Origin: a virus
Taxonomy: Duplodnaviria > Caudoviricetes
IMG/VR virus record: IMGVR_UViG_3300049190_000014
Span: 1-42,684 of that record
Reading direction: 5' to 3' (one strand)
Length of the DNA: 42,684 nt
In this document: positions 1-8,990 of the stretch, piece after piece
How the letters are laid out: every line of letters starts with the position of its first letter
Numbering within the stretch: position 1 is the first letter of the stretch
The notes under the pieces: generated by a model
The model's input: the letters and a program-made list of their open reading frames with translations, nothing else
The model's database searches: none
Told to the model about the DNA's origin: nothing
Translations under genes and position numbers: made by a program

Positions 1-10
1 ACAAAATATT

Positions 11-136
11 AAAATAAAAACTTCTCTATCTAGTCAGTAATGACGATTTACTAAGTTTTAGTTTGTTTTGGTTTCCTTTATTCCCTTAGTATTAGTCCAA
101 ACAGGACGCAGAGTCGCGTTGCTAAGTGAATGATAT
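11..136. repeat. 126-bp terminal direct repeat, left copy (assembly overlap of a circular genome and/or att region)
   Basis: 11-136 is identical to 42559-42684; bases 1-10 (acaaaatatt) differ from 42549-42558 (accaaagagg). Confidence 0.95.
93..106 (-). other. Candidate att core resembling a tRNA 3' end
   Basis: Minus strand TCCTGT-TTGGACT-A looks like a T-stem 3' half, acceptor strand and discriminator; lies in non-coding DNA next to the integrase on the circular map. Confidence 0.35.
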
Positions 137-183
137 TTAAACTGTTATAAGAATTATTTTTATGTTGCTCGGTAATTATTCGG

Positions 184-645
184 TTATTGTTTCAGGTATT
201 GCATCTCCCGGTCGTTGATAGCAACCGCAAACTCATTCATATGCTCAAAGCTCTGTCTAGCGGGCGATCCTTTCATGCCTGAGTTTTGAATTTTACTCCA
301 GCTTGGAGTGCTGGAAACACCCGCACCGAATCCAATGGCAACATTAACTATGAATTGGCCAGTTATATTAACTACGGAATCTCTGACAACTATGTATAAG
401 TAGTAGTTTGCGTTCAATCCTTTCACCTCTCGTTGCGCTGTTTTGATTATGCCGAACTCTCGCTCTGCCTTTTCGATTTCATATCCTTGGTCTGTCAATG
501 AATTAACCGTTTTATTGAAAGACCAGTCTTGATTGCCCCACGTTCGAACCTGGATTTTATCGACACCTTTTGGGATCGTCTGTTGTTGACCAATGACATA
601 AAATGTCACAATACAAAAGGAAAACAAGAGGGTTGCAGATTTCAT
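184..645 (-). CDS. Exported protein (signal peptide), lysogeny/immunity-region accessory gene
   Basis: MKSATLLFSFCIVTFYVIG-Q Sec-type leader; co-oriented with and downstream of the repressor. Confidence 0.7.
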   Translation of the reverse strand: MKSATLLFSFCIVTFYVIGQQQTIPKGVDKIQVRTWGNQDWSFNKTVNSLTDQGYEIEKAEREFGIIKTAQREVKGLNANYYLYIVVRDSVVNITGQFIVNVAIGFGAGVSSTPSWSKIQNSGMKGSPARQSFEHMNEFAVAINDREMQYLKQ

Positions 646-989
646 ATTATTTTGTATTTTCTTGTTCTTAAGTGTCGGTGTGCCCTGACCTGCATTGCTG
701 TTCCCAATGTGATGAGTCCACCACCAATCGCAAAACCCATACCACCGCGCTTCCCTGGGTCAAGACTGAAAGCGTCATCATGATTCTGTCGGCTCCAAAT
801 AACAGTGTTGACAATTGTCGTTGCCGCCCCAGCAATCAAAACCCACGTTCCATTGCGATATTCTTTTTGAAATCTCTCCATTTTCAAATCTGATTCAATT
901 TGCCGCATTTCTAGTTTTAAAATCCTTTGTTTTAAATCTTCATCCTGAGCGAAAGTTAAAAAGGGCAAAAACACAAGAAGGTATTTCAT
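642..989 (-). CDS. Membrane protein (signal peptide, coiled coil, two hydrophobic segments)
   Basis: Likely start MKYLLVFLPFLTFAQ at 989; hydrophobic TWVLIAGAATTIVNTVIW and GMGFAIGGGLITLG; 4-bp overlap with the next gene. Confidence 0.65.
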   Translation of the reverse strand: MKYLLVFLPFLTFAQDEDLKQRILKLEMRQIESDLKMERFQKEYRNGTWVLIAGAATTIVNTVIWSRQNHDDAFSLDPGKRGGMGFAIGGGLITLGTAMQVRAHRHLRTRKYKII

Positions 990-1196
990 ATAAGATGGAT
1001 TTTTGTTTCGGTCACAAGCTGTCACATATAATGGAGTAATTGTCTGTCGAACCACTACACCACCTTTGGACTACGTGCCGTCACGTACGTATACTGATTT
1101 ATGTGTAGTTGTTCAAGTTTTTATCATATGAGGTAATTAATGTTTAAACATTTCGTTACCTTATCTCTCCCCATGTAACTAAAAAAGAATTCTCAT

Positions 1197-1415
1197 ATGC
1201 GTAACTCACTAACACTAATCGATTCTGACCGTGTAAAATCAAAAATCAATTTGTTTGTTATTGCTGACTTCCTGGAGCGCTCCGTTGAATTTGAAAAAGC
1301 CACGAAAGAAGCAAACAGATTAATCAATCATGATAGATACCTCGATAACGAATATGAGATCAGCCAGGCAGAACTCTTTATAGAGCTACTTCGCAGGCAC
1401 GGGGGCGGATCTTAA
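1197..1415 (+). CDS. Hypothetical protein convergent with the repressor
   Basis: 72-aa ATG ORF with an A-rich upstream region; 30-bp 3' overlap with the repressor. Confidence 0.4.
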   Translation: MRNSLTLIDSDRVKSKINLFVIADFLERSVEFEKATKEANRLINHDRYLDNEYEISQAELFIELLRRHGGGS

Positions 1416-1886
1416 CACCTTCAATTGATCCCTTAACTCTTTTATCAATTCATCTTTTGACTGAATAATCAGTTGGACTTTCGACTCTGCTCTATCGATC
1501 TCTGATTTCGATACAAGTTGGGAGCCTTCAAGAACAACCTTCGGAATAACGCTGTATTCAGATAGGTTAATTTTAATTTCCTCCATTTCTTTATTGTCGG
1601 TCGGTTTCTGTTCGTCTGTAAGATTTTCATCGTATATGTCGCCCGTGCCCTTCAAAAACCACTCCCTACGGACCTTAAAAGTTCTAAGAAACTTGTCCAA
1701 ATTGTCGTCATAAAGTCCACCGTCACGCTTCGCGGCTTTTTGTAGGATTGTGGACTTCATACCGCATTTTCTTTCAGCAGCGGAGAAATTTACAGTGCCA
1801 TTCCTCTTAACTAAGCCATTGTCGGTCAAGACTTTAATAATCCTTTCAGAAACTGTTAAAAAATTTTCGTGTAATGTCTTGGACAT
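1386..1886 (-). CDS. CI-like XRE/HTH phage repressor without an S24 peptidase domain
   Basis: TVSERI...FSAAERKCGMKSTILQKA helix-turn-helix and VRREWFLKGTG motif; C-terminal coiled coil; divergent from the early operon; ATG at 1886 preferred. Confidence 0.75.
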   Translation of the reverse strand: MSKTLHENFLTVSERIIKVLTDNGLVKRNGTVNFSAAERKCGMKSTILQKAAKRDGGLYDDNLDKFLRTFKVRREWFLKGTGDIYDENLTDEQKPTDNKEMEEIKINLSEYSVIPKVVLEGSQLVSKSEIDRAESKVQLIIQSKDELIKELRDQLKVLRSAPVPAK

Positions 1887-1915
1887 TTCTAAGATATTTC
1901 TGTATTTCGAGTATT
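1873..1915. promoter_or_regulatory. Candidate operator region of the lysis/lysogeny switch
   Basis: Inverted repeat AATGTC-ttg-GACATT (1873-1887) over the repressor ATG, followed by ATTTC-like direct repeats. Confidence 0.45.
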
Positions 1916-1935
1916 CAACCACAACAATATATACA

Positions 1936-2127
1936 ATGGCTACATTGGAAGCAAAAACGAAGGAGTACGCGCCTGTAAGAATTTACAAGGATAAGGCGCT
2001 TCGGGTTAAAAAAGTGCGGAGGGAGTTGTCGGCAGCGGAGGATAGGGACCTGTCTGATGTGGCGCTTATTGATGAGATACTGGAGGAGGGTTTGGCTAAA
2101 CGTGAACGCAAACTTGGTATCGTATGA
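1936..2127 (+). CDS. Cro-position small DNA-binding protein (possible ribbon-helix-helix)
   Basis: 63 aa from ATG 1936; APVRIY strand then two helices; first gene of the divergent operon. Confidence 0.6.
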   Translation: MATLEAKTKEYAPVRIYKDKALRVKKVRRELSAAEDRDLSDVALIDEILEEGLAKRERKLGIV

Positions 2128-2402
2128 ACGCGGAAACCAAACACCTTAACCCCTCCGATCTCTCAAATGAACAGTTGGAGAGGATTGCCTTCGGTGTGGC
2201 TACGATACTTAGTAAGCATGGATTATGGAACGATAAACCGCTCAGTGCGAAAGAAGCGATGGCCTTCACAGGCTTTAAAAAGAATAAGTTTTTCAGGTTG
2301 GTGAATCTAGGGGTGATCAAAGGACACATGCCAGATCCAGATGGTCACCCTATTTATTACGCCTCCGAAATAAATGAAGGGATTAGAAGGATCAGAAAAT
2401 AG
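2124..2402 (+). CDS. Excisionase-like/MerR-type HTH protein
   Basis: PLSAKEAMAFTGFKKNKFFRLVNLGVI...IYYASEI pattern; ATGA overlap with the previous gene. Confidence 0.7.
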   Translation: MNAETKHLNPSDLSNEQLERIAFGVATILSKHGLWNDKPLSAKEAMAFTGFKKNKFFRLVNLGVIKGHMPDPDGHPIYYASEINEGIRRIRK

Positions 2403-2427
2403 TCATTTACCTAACCAATTACCAAAA

Positions 2428-3162
2428 ATGAAAACTCACAACGGGAATTTTTCAATCACTACAACCACACTACAATGGAAAAGATTAAGGGATTTTTTAA
2501 GAGCCGTTATACATGGTTCGGAGCTTTGGTTATTGGATCAGCACTGGCATGGTTTGTTTTTGCAAGTTCAACTGATCCTTGCCCGTGTAGGCAGGGTGGC
2601 TGCAACTGGCCTCAATGCGCTGAAGGGTCTAGCGCTCTCAGCAACCGCTAACAATAGAATTTTCATAGGGTTAGGGTTTGTGGGTATAGTAACGCCCCTA
2701 GCGTCATGTGTGTATCTGTTATTTGATGCGAGTCTGCATGTGGATGGTTGGTTTCATTACAATAACTTTTATCTCTTCATGGCGTTGGGGCCTTACTTAT
2801 CTGGCCTCGCTCTTACAATAGGTGTTTTCCTACTTTTCCCGGTAGGTGTTAAACGCTCCTTCACCCTGCTAATTCCAGCAGCGTACTTCTCAGGGAAAAT
2901 CATTTGGATTTACTCGACAGACAACAATGACGATTTCAAGTCTGTGCCTACATGGTCATACTTCGCAGTTGGAGCCGTCATTTCAATAACTGTGTTCCTC
3001 CTTTCAAACTGGCTTTGCTATAGAAGATTTCACGGTGAAGACAGGCACGAAGCAAGATTAAAGGGCCTTGAACAAATAGCCGATGATCTCCCCGCGGACA
3101 AATGGAAGTCAATGATGCTTACTGTACTTAGAGAGAGAAGAGAGTTTAAAAAGTCATTCTAA
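2428..3162 (+). CDS. Multi-pass membrane protein (start uncertain)
   Basis: About four hydrophobic segments (IFIGLGFVGIVTPLA, LALTIGVFLLFP, LLIPAAYF, FAVGAVISITVFLL). Confidence 0.65.
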   Translation: MKTHNGNFSITTTTLQWKRLRDFLRAVIHGSELWLLDQHWHGLFLQVQLILARVGRVAATGLNALKGLALSATANNRIFIGLGFVGIVTPLASCVYLLFDASLHVDGWFHYNNFYLFMALGPYLSGLALTIGVFLLFPVGVKRSFTLLIPAAYFSGKIIWIYSTDNNDDFKSVPTWSYFAVGAVISITVFLLSNWLCYRRFHGEDRHEARLKGLEQIADDLPADKWKSMMLTVLRERREFKKSF

Positions 3163-3192
3163 AGGTATGGCCGGAAGAACCGAAATAAAGTT

Positions 3193-3468
3193 ATGGACGA
3201 AGAATTCAAATTAATTGGCTATCAGCTATTGGAAAACAAAGTTATCCGTGATAGCGATGGTGAGATTGAGGACTATCAGCAAACAGTTATTGCAGAGGGT
3301 AAGACAGTTCAGGGTCTGGTAAGATACGCCAGATTAAAGAAGTTGGATGCCTCTGGTGACATTAGTTACTCGGTGGAATCTGTCGAACAGGAATATATGC
3401 CCAATGCAAAACAATGGAAGAAGTCTGAGGGTAATATCTACCATAAATCACTCGAAGAACTATTATGA
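3193..3468 (+). CDS. Hypothetical protein
   Basis: 91-aa ORF in the early operon. Confidence 0.65.
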   Translation: MDEEFKLIGYQLLENKVIRDSDGEIEDYQQTVIAEGKTVQGLVRYARLKKLDASGDISYSVESVEQEYMPNAKQWKKSEGNIYHKSLEELL

Positions 3469-3490
3469 CAACTTCTAAAAGAGAACCCCA

Positions 3491-3718
3491 ATGGTAAAGC
3501 TATCACAACCAATAACCGGAGTCGGGCACCAATACCGCTCAAAAGAAAAAGCCTTCGGAGCAAGTAAGAAGAGCATTGAACAAGCAATGATGGATTTACT
3601 CGACATTAAAAATGAAGATGAAGACGCGAAACTATTGTTCGCTGACCTGTCCAAATGTTTCGAGAAAGCAATCCTTAACGAGTCTATACATCACGAACGA
3701 TTTAACAGAAACGTATGA
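3491..3718 (+). CDS. Hypothetical protein
   Basis: 75-aa ORF; ATGA overlap with the next gene. Confidence 0.55.
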   Translation: MVKLSQPITGVGHQYRSKEKAFGASKKSIEQAMMDLLDIKNEDEDAKLLFADLSKCFEKAILNESIHHERFNRNV

Positions 3719-3981
3719 TAGTCCGCATCTCAAAAGCAAATCAAGTAGCACTCTTAGAAGTGTGCGCTGTAAGAAACATCCAGGTTGACTTCTTCACTGA
3801 TGAAAGAGCAGATGGTTTGTGTATAGTCGAAGTTCACAATGTTACTCCTCAAATAGCATTCTACATAGGAGCCGCAATGAATGACATCGTAAGAGATCAG
3901 CAAGAGCAAGAAGCAAAAGGTGATGCGCTGTTCAATATGTTGAAAGTAAACTTTGGTGAAAACAGAAATCTCACATGCTAA
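3715..3981 (+). CDS. Hypothetical protein
   Basis: 88-aa ORF, translationally coupled. Confidence 0.6.
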   Translation: MIVRISKANQVALLEVCAVRNIQVDFFTDERADGLCIVEVHNVTPQIAFYIGAAMNDIVRDQQEQEAKGDALFNMLKVNFGENRNLTC

Positions 3982-4178
3982 ATCTTAAGGTAGAATTCAT
4001 TCATCCGCCTATTCCTATCAGAACTTTTGACTGGCAGGTGGTAGACAAAAACTATGAACCTGGTTGTCCTGTCGGATACGGGAGAACATTAAAGGAAGCC
4101 ATCGAAGATTACCTCGGAGAGTACGCTTTCAAAAACAACATCGAAGATGTAAGGACTATTAAATACAAGTGGTCATGA
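3975..4178 (+). CDS. Small phage hypothetical protein
   Basis: PPIPIRTFDW...GYGRTLKEAIED motif typical of a small phage family. Confidence 0.65.
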   Translation: MLNLKVEFIHPPIPIRTFDWQVVDKNYEPGCPVGYGRTLKEAIEDYLGEYAFKNNIEDVRTIKYKWS

Positions 4179-4534
4179 GTACCGAAACCCAACAACCAAA
4201 AGTAACGCACTGGAAGAAGCTGACCAATCCTAACTACATAGGGAGTCACGACTTACAACCAGGACAGGAGGTAAAGATTACTTTCGATACCATCAGCAAA
4301 GAGATGGTTGACGGTCCAGATGGGAAAAAGGAAGAATGTATTGTTGCCAAACTGCAAGGCGCAAAGAAGCCTATGATACTGAATAAAACCAACTGCAAGA
4401 TCATTGCAAGGGTTCTCGATACTCCCTATGTGGAAGAGTGGTCCGGTAGGTCTGTAATAATCTATTCTGCTAAGGTTAGGGCATTTGGCGAAATGGTTGA
4501 CGCACTCAGGGTTAAAAATCAAAAGGTAAGCTAA
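4175..4534 (+). CDS. Putative ssDNA-binding/recombination-associated protein
   Basis: THWKK..NPNYIG...KPMILNKTN...EEWSG...ALRV family, usually adjacent to YqaJ exonucleases. Confidence 0.65.
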   Translation: MSTETQQPKVTHWKKLTNPNYIGSHDLQPGQEVKITFDTISKEMVDGPDGKKEECIVAKLQGAKKPMILNKTNCKIIARVLDTPYVEEWSGRSVIIYSAKVRAFGEMVDALRVKNQKVS

Positions 4535-5187
4535 TGGATTTTGCGATTGACAAATTCTCAAAGGAGCGGTTCGGCTTAGTAACTGGCTCAACTTGTACGG
4601 TTCTCTTTCCGCTCAAAGGTGATGCGGAGGTAGGCAAGAGAACCTACGCAAAGAAGCTTGCAAACGAAATGTTTTTCCAGACGTATGATGAGCGTTCAAC
4701 ATGGGAAACCGATCACGGTAAAATGGCTGAGGCGTTAGCGTTCGAATACTACAACGAAAATATTGATAATACGATAGTCGAAGGTTCATGGTTTAGGGAG
4801 GGGGATTGTGGTGGCACTGTGGATGCGATGCTTAGTAGTAAGGTTGTCGACTTCAAGTGCCCCACTTCTTTGCAAAAATGGCTTGACTACATACACGAAC
4901 CACTACCTAAACAACAGAAAGACCAGTTGCAAATGTATATGTGGCTGGCTAAAAAAGAAGAAGCTGAAATAGCTGCATTCCTAACTGAAACTCAATTCAT
5001 GTCAGATCACGGTCTTGTGTACCCTGTGCCGCCCGACAAGCGAATGATAAAGGTTGAGGTCAAACGTGATCCAACATGGTTGGAAAGGCTCAATGATGAA
5101 AAAGCCCTACCCTGGGTTATTCAGAAAAGGAACGAGTTCCTTGAAGTTCTGAAAGCACAATTCGCAAACAAACCAGTATTAGTCTAG
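4534..5187 (+). CDS. YqaJ/lambda-exonuclease family recombination nuclease
   Basis: RFGLVTGS, HGKMAE, GGTVDA, DFKCP and QLQMYM motifs. Confidence 0.85.
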   Translation: MDFAIDKFSKERFGLVTGSTCTVLFPLKGDAEVGKRTYAKKLANEMFFQTYDERSTWETDHGKMAEALAFEYYNENIDNTIVEGSWFREGDCGGTVDAMLSSKVVDFKCPTSLQKWLDYIHEPLPKQQKDQLQMYMWLAKKEEAEIAAFLTETQFMSDHGLVYPVPPDKRMIKVEVKRDPTWLERLNDEKALPWVIQKRNEFLEVLKAQFANKPVLV

Positions 5188-5198
5188 CTCTCTCTCTT

Positions 5199-5798
5199 AT
5201 GGAAGAAGTAAAAGAAGATAACAAAACAAGCATGAATACTGAAGCATCAACAGCATTAGACACAATGGAAGTGTTTAACAGGCTATTCAAATTTCAAGTA
5301 GGCCAACAGTTGCGCCATAAAGGAGATACGAAAGATTACTCCGCTGATATGGGGTTGCTGGTTACTGCGAGGGTTTTGGTTGAGCAAAAAGACGATGACA
5401 ATAGCGTAACATTTCGTAGGGAGTATCATTGTCGAATGATTCGTTTTTCTGGGTCAGGTGAAATCGCTGCATTCCGCGAACATGAATTAATGACGGTCGA
5501 GGAATACACCCAGCAGAAAGTTCAGGACGAAGCAGAGCGCAACAGAATGCGTAATGAAGTCAAGCAGACGGAAAAGGAAATACATGAAGCCTTCGGGGTT
5601 GACTTTTCTACACGTGTTTACCTGAAAGACGCGAACGGTAATGTTGACAAGTCCTCTGTGTTCAGATACTCCGGTTTCTCTTTCACCAACGGAAAACCGG
5701 AAATGACATTAACTGAAGTCATCGCTTCACTCGATAAACCTGTTGACCGAAACAAAGTTAATGTTACTTCTAAAGATCAGTTCGAGATCGTACAGTAA
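5199..5798 (+). CDS. Hypothetical protein
   Basis: 199-aa ORF; FKFQVGQQL beta-barrel-type start. Confidence 0.7.
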   Translation: MEEVKEDNKTSMNTEASTALDTMEVFNRLFKFQVGQQLRHKGDTKDYSADMGLLVTARVLVEQKDDDNSVTFRREYHCRMIRFSGSGEIAAFREHELMTVEEYTQQKVQDEAERNRMRNEVKQTEKEIHEAFGVDFSTRVYLKDANGNVDKSSVFRYSGFSFTNGKPEMTLTEVIASLDKPVDRNKVNVTSKDQFEIVQ

Positions 5799-6248
5799 GA
5801 GGAATATGAAATTGAAAATGAAGGTGAATTTAAATATGAATTAAAAGAAAAAGAGTCACCTGAAAAAAAGATCACTGTTCAGGTTCCGCGTGAAACGTTT
5901 GACTTCACAAAGCCTGACATCCGAGGTGATGTGTTAGTATTTCCAATCGATACGCCAGCGGTCCGCGACCTCTGGACGAAATGGAAAAAGTATCGATGGG
6001 AGCAATACGATACCAGGTACGGCATGATGGGCGAGCAAGCCGATCTAAGACGACTGCAAGGCATGACCTTCCAGCAGATTGAAAAAACAATTCTCTCAGC
6101 GATAGCAAACAACTGGAAAAATTTATACCCCGAAAAAGAACAGAAGCGACATGACACAGGCATTACGAACAAGAAGCAACAACAGTCTGAGCAAACCGGC
6201 CAGTACCTTACCGATTACTACAAGACGAAGCTTGGTAATACTCCGTAA
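5799..6248 (+). pseudogene. C-terminal half of a phage replication initiator (N-terminus lost)
   Basis: Frame is open from 5799 without a start: EEYEIENEGEFKYE linker, then LWTKWKKYR...AIANNWKNLY domain similar to the C-terminus of 10619-11311; could restart at GTG 5931. Confidence 0.65.
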
Positions 6249-6270
6249 AACACCAACGGCACAGGCTCTC

Positions 6271-7020
6271 ATGGTAGCCGACTTCGCAAGGATTACTCAG
6301 TCTGTTGGACACAATACCGCACTCATCCTCGACCGTCCTCCGATCGCGATGCTGAAGCGTTTAATTGACCCCACAGTCATCGAAATGTTTTTGGCTAAGG
6401 AGTTACAGCGGTTGAAGGAGATCGTAAACATTGATGCCAGGCTAACCCTACAGGACACACAGATTCCATTGATCGCCTCACAGCTGATCGAATTATTTCC
6501 GAACGAGACGCTCGAAGATTTCGTGATGTGCTTCAAGCGTGGCGCGACAGGATTCTATGGGCCAATTTTCCGACTAGACGCCCCAGTATTAATCGAATGG
6601 ATGCGAGGCACAGACGACCGCGGGAAACGAAAAGGCGGCTACCTGGATGAGAAATACAGTCTTATCGAAGCCCAACTTGACAAGGAGAGACAAAAGCGGA
6701 ATGAAGAAAACACCGTTGACTATGCCGCATTTATCAAACGCAGAGAGGCCGAACTTGCTGCACCTCCACCTCCGCCATCCAACCAGAAAGAAAACAACTA
6801 TCAGCTTTGGAAGCTGCAGAGGGAAAATGATCCATGGGCGATTTTCCAAAAGAAACTGAGCCGGGCAGGATCGGAGTTCTACAAGGATAAACAAGGATCC
6901 TTCAACCTGTCAACGCAATACCACGAGCACAAGATCGGGGAAGAGATTCGAAAAGTTCCATTCCTCGCAGAATCAGAAGAGGATGCTAAAGCTATTTACT
7001 TAAAAGCAACGGAGGAATGA
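6271..7020 (+). CDS. Replication-module partner protein (tentatively DUF6633-like)
   Basis: ETLEDFVMCFKRGATGFYG..RLD motif; follows the initiator remnant; start may be 6151 or 6271. Confidence 0.55.
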   Translation: MVADFARITQSVGHNTALILDRPPIAMLKRLIDPTVIEMFLAKELQRLKEIVNIDARLTLQDTQIPLIASQLIELFPNETLEDFVMCFKRGATGFYGPIFRLDAPVLIEWMRGTDDRGKRKGGYLDEKYSLIEAQLDKERQKRNEENTVDYAAFIKRREAELAAPPPPPSNQKENNYQLWKLQRENDPWAIFQKKLSRAGSEFYKDKQGSFNLSTQYHEHKIGEEIRKVPFLAESEEDAKAIYLKATEE

Positions 7021-8990
7021 GAACACTTGACCATTTACAATATATCGTTATTGACCTTTTCTGTGGAGCAGGTGGAACAACAACAGGCTTCGAGCTGGCT
7101 GAGTGGACCGCTGAGGAAAAGCGATCGCTTGGGATTCCTGATAACTCCAAGATCGCGAAAGTAGTGGCGTGCGTAAATCATGATCCGATCGCTATCCAGT
7201 CACATTGGGCAAACCATCCGGACGTTGAACACTTCGAAGAGGATATCACATTGCTTTACCATCTCCCCGCTTTCGATCGGCTGAAATCAATCGTGCAGAA
7301 TTATCGCGAGTGGTATCCTGAAGCAAAGGTCATTCTTTGGGCATCGCTTGAGTGCACCAACTTCAGTAAGGCGAAAGGAGGTAAACCACGGGATGCGGAT
7401 TCCAGAACGTTAGCTGATCACTTGCACCCATACATCAACGCGCTAAATCCCGACTATGTCAAAATTGAGAACGTTGTCGAATTCATGGCATGGGGACCGC
7501 TTGATGCGAAAGGAAAACCGGTGAGCCGGAAAAATGGAACGGAGTGGAATCGCTGGCGGCAATCAATCTGCGCACTTGGATATCGTGACGAGTGGAGAGA
7601 ATTAAATTCAGCTGACTTCGGAGCGCTCACATCTCGAAATAGGTTATTCGGATGTTTTGCCAAGCCAGGTATGCCGATCGTGTGGCCAGAACCAACGCAC
7701 ACAAAGAACCCTGAGAAATCGATGTTCAAGGAGCTGAAGAAATGGCAACCTGTGAAACATGCTCTCGATTTTTCTGATGAAGGTAATTCGGTGTTCAATC
7801 GTAAGAAGCCATTGTCGACAAAGACAATGCAGCGGCTCTTCATGGGATGCGTGAAGCACGTCGCAGGCGGGAAAACTGCGTTCATGGCGAAGGCTTATCG
7901 CGGCAATCCGAATCATCAAAGCAAATCTCTTGATGAGCCTGCTGGAACGTTAACCACCATTCCGAACCAACAGAATCTTGTTTTCATCACGAAGTGGAAT
8001 AGCAATGACAAAAAGCAAGGCGGTCATCCCGGGCATTCTGTCGAAGAACCCTGTCCTGTAGTGTCAACTCAAAACAGACTAGGCGCAGCGTTCATCGTAA
8101 AAGGCTTCTCCGCGAATTCTGGAAAGAGTGTTAATGCAGGATCCTCGATCGATCAGCCAGCCCCAACACTGACAACTCAAAGCCGCGAACGTCTCGCATT
8201 CATCACACGGTATAACGGAGTAAACGGAGGGAAGCACGATAATAGTCACAGCGTTGAGGGTCCTGTTGGAGCGTTAGGATGTGGCGACAATCACGCGAAG
8301 GTTACCGCGAACTACATTTCACTTTACTACAGCCAAGGCGGCCAACACACAAGCATTGAAGAACCTGCAGGAACCATTCCAACGAAAGACAGAATGGCGA
8401 AAGTGCAAGCTGAGTTTTTCATAGACAAACAATTCAGCACAGGTGAGCATAACAATCAGTCTGTAGATCAACCCACTGGATCGTTAATGCCAGTTGATAA
8501 GCATTGCCTGATAAAAGCCGAGAAGTTTTTAATGGATACCAACTTCAATAACGTTGGAAAGTCACTAGAAGAACCAGCTCCAACCATTACAGCGGATAGA
8601 CATCACCACTATCTCGTTAATCCTTCATGGGGAGAAGGTAATACAACTGGAATGGAGCAACCATGCCCTGTCGTGATAGCGAGACAAGATAAAGCACCAT
8701 TGTACCTGGTTGCATGCAAGGAAGGGCCGGTCGCGGTACCGGTGTATGATGATGATTGCGAGTGGACCATTAAGCTGAAAGAGTTCATGGCATTGTACGG
8801 CATCGCAGACATCAAAATGCGAATGCTCAAGGTTCCTGAGTTGATGAAGATTCAAGGCTTCCCGGACAACTACGTATTGAAAGGGAACCAATCGGATCAA
8901 AAGAAGTTCATCGGGAACTCTGTACATCCTTACGTCCCTGAGGCCTGGATAAAAGCTCCCGACTATCGTCAACTCAAAATGGCCGCATGA
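7017..8990 (+). CDS. DNA cytosine-5 methyltransferase with a repeated variable region
   Basis: DLFCGAGG motif I, SLEC catalytic Cys, IENV motif VI, SRNRLF, and QGFP...IGNSV motifs IX/X. Confidence 0.92.
   Translation: MRTLDHLQYIVIDLFCGAGGTTTGFELAEWTAEEKRSLGIPDNSKIAKVVACVNHDPIAIQSHWANHPDVEHFEEDITLLYHLPAFDRLKSIVQNYREWYPEAKVILWASLECTNFSKAKGGKPRDADSRTLADHLHPYINALNPDYVKIENVVEFMAWGPLDAKGKPVSRKNGTEWNRWRQSICALGYRDEWRELNSADFGALTSRNRLFGCFAKPGMPIVWPEPTHTKNPEKSMFKELKKWQPVKHALDFSDEGNSVFNRKKPLSTKTMQRLFMGCVKHVAGGKTAFMAKAYRGNPNHQSKSLDEPAGTLTTIPNQQNLVFITKWNSNDKKQGGHPGHSVEEPCPVVSTQNRLGAAFIVKGFSANSGKSVNAGSSIDQPAPTLTTQSRERLAFITRYNGVNGGKHDNSHSVEGPVGALGCGDNHAKVTANYISLYYSQGGQHTSIEEPAGTIPTKDRMAKVQAEFFIDKQFSTGEHNNQSVDQPTGSLMPVDKHCLIKAEKFLMDTNFNNVGKSLEEPAPTITADRHHHYLVNPSWGEGNTTGMEQPCPVVIARQDKAPLYLVACKEGPVAVPVYDDDCEWTIKLKEFMALYGIADIKMRMLKVPELMKIQGFPDNYVLKGNQSDQKKFIGNSVHPYVPEAWIKAPDYRQLKMAA

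Noticed and set aside
1010-1085. tRNA-like fragments on the minus strand (CGGCACGTAG..., GGTTCGAC)
   Set aside because: Spacing is too short for D and anticodon arms and there is no complementary acceptor 3' strand
1750-1935. Long GTG-started versions of the Cro-like (1750) and repressor (1922) ORFs
   Set aside because: They would overlap head-to-head extensively; ATG starts at 1936 and 1886 are more plausible
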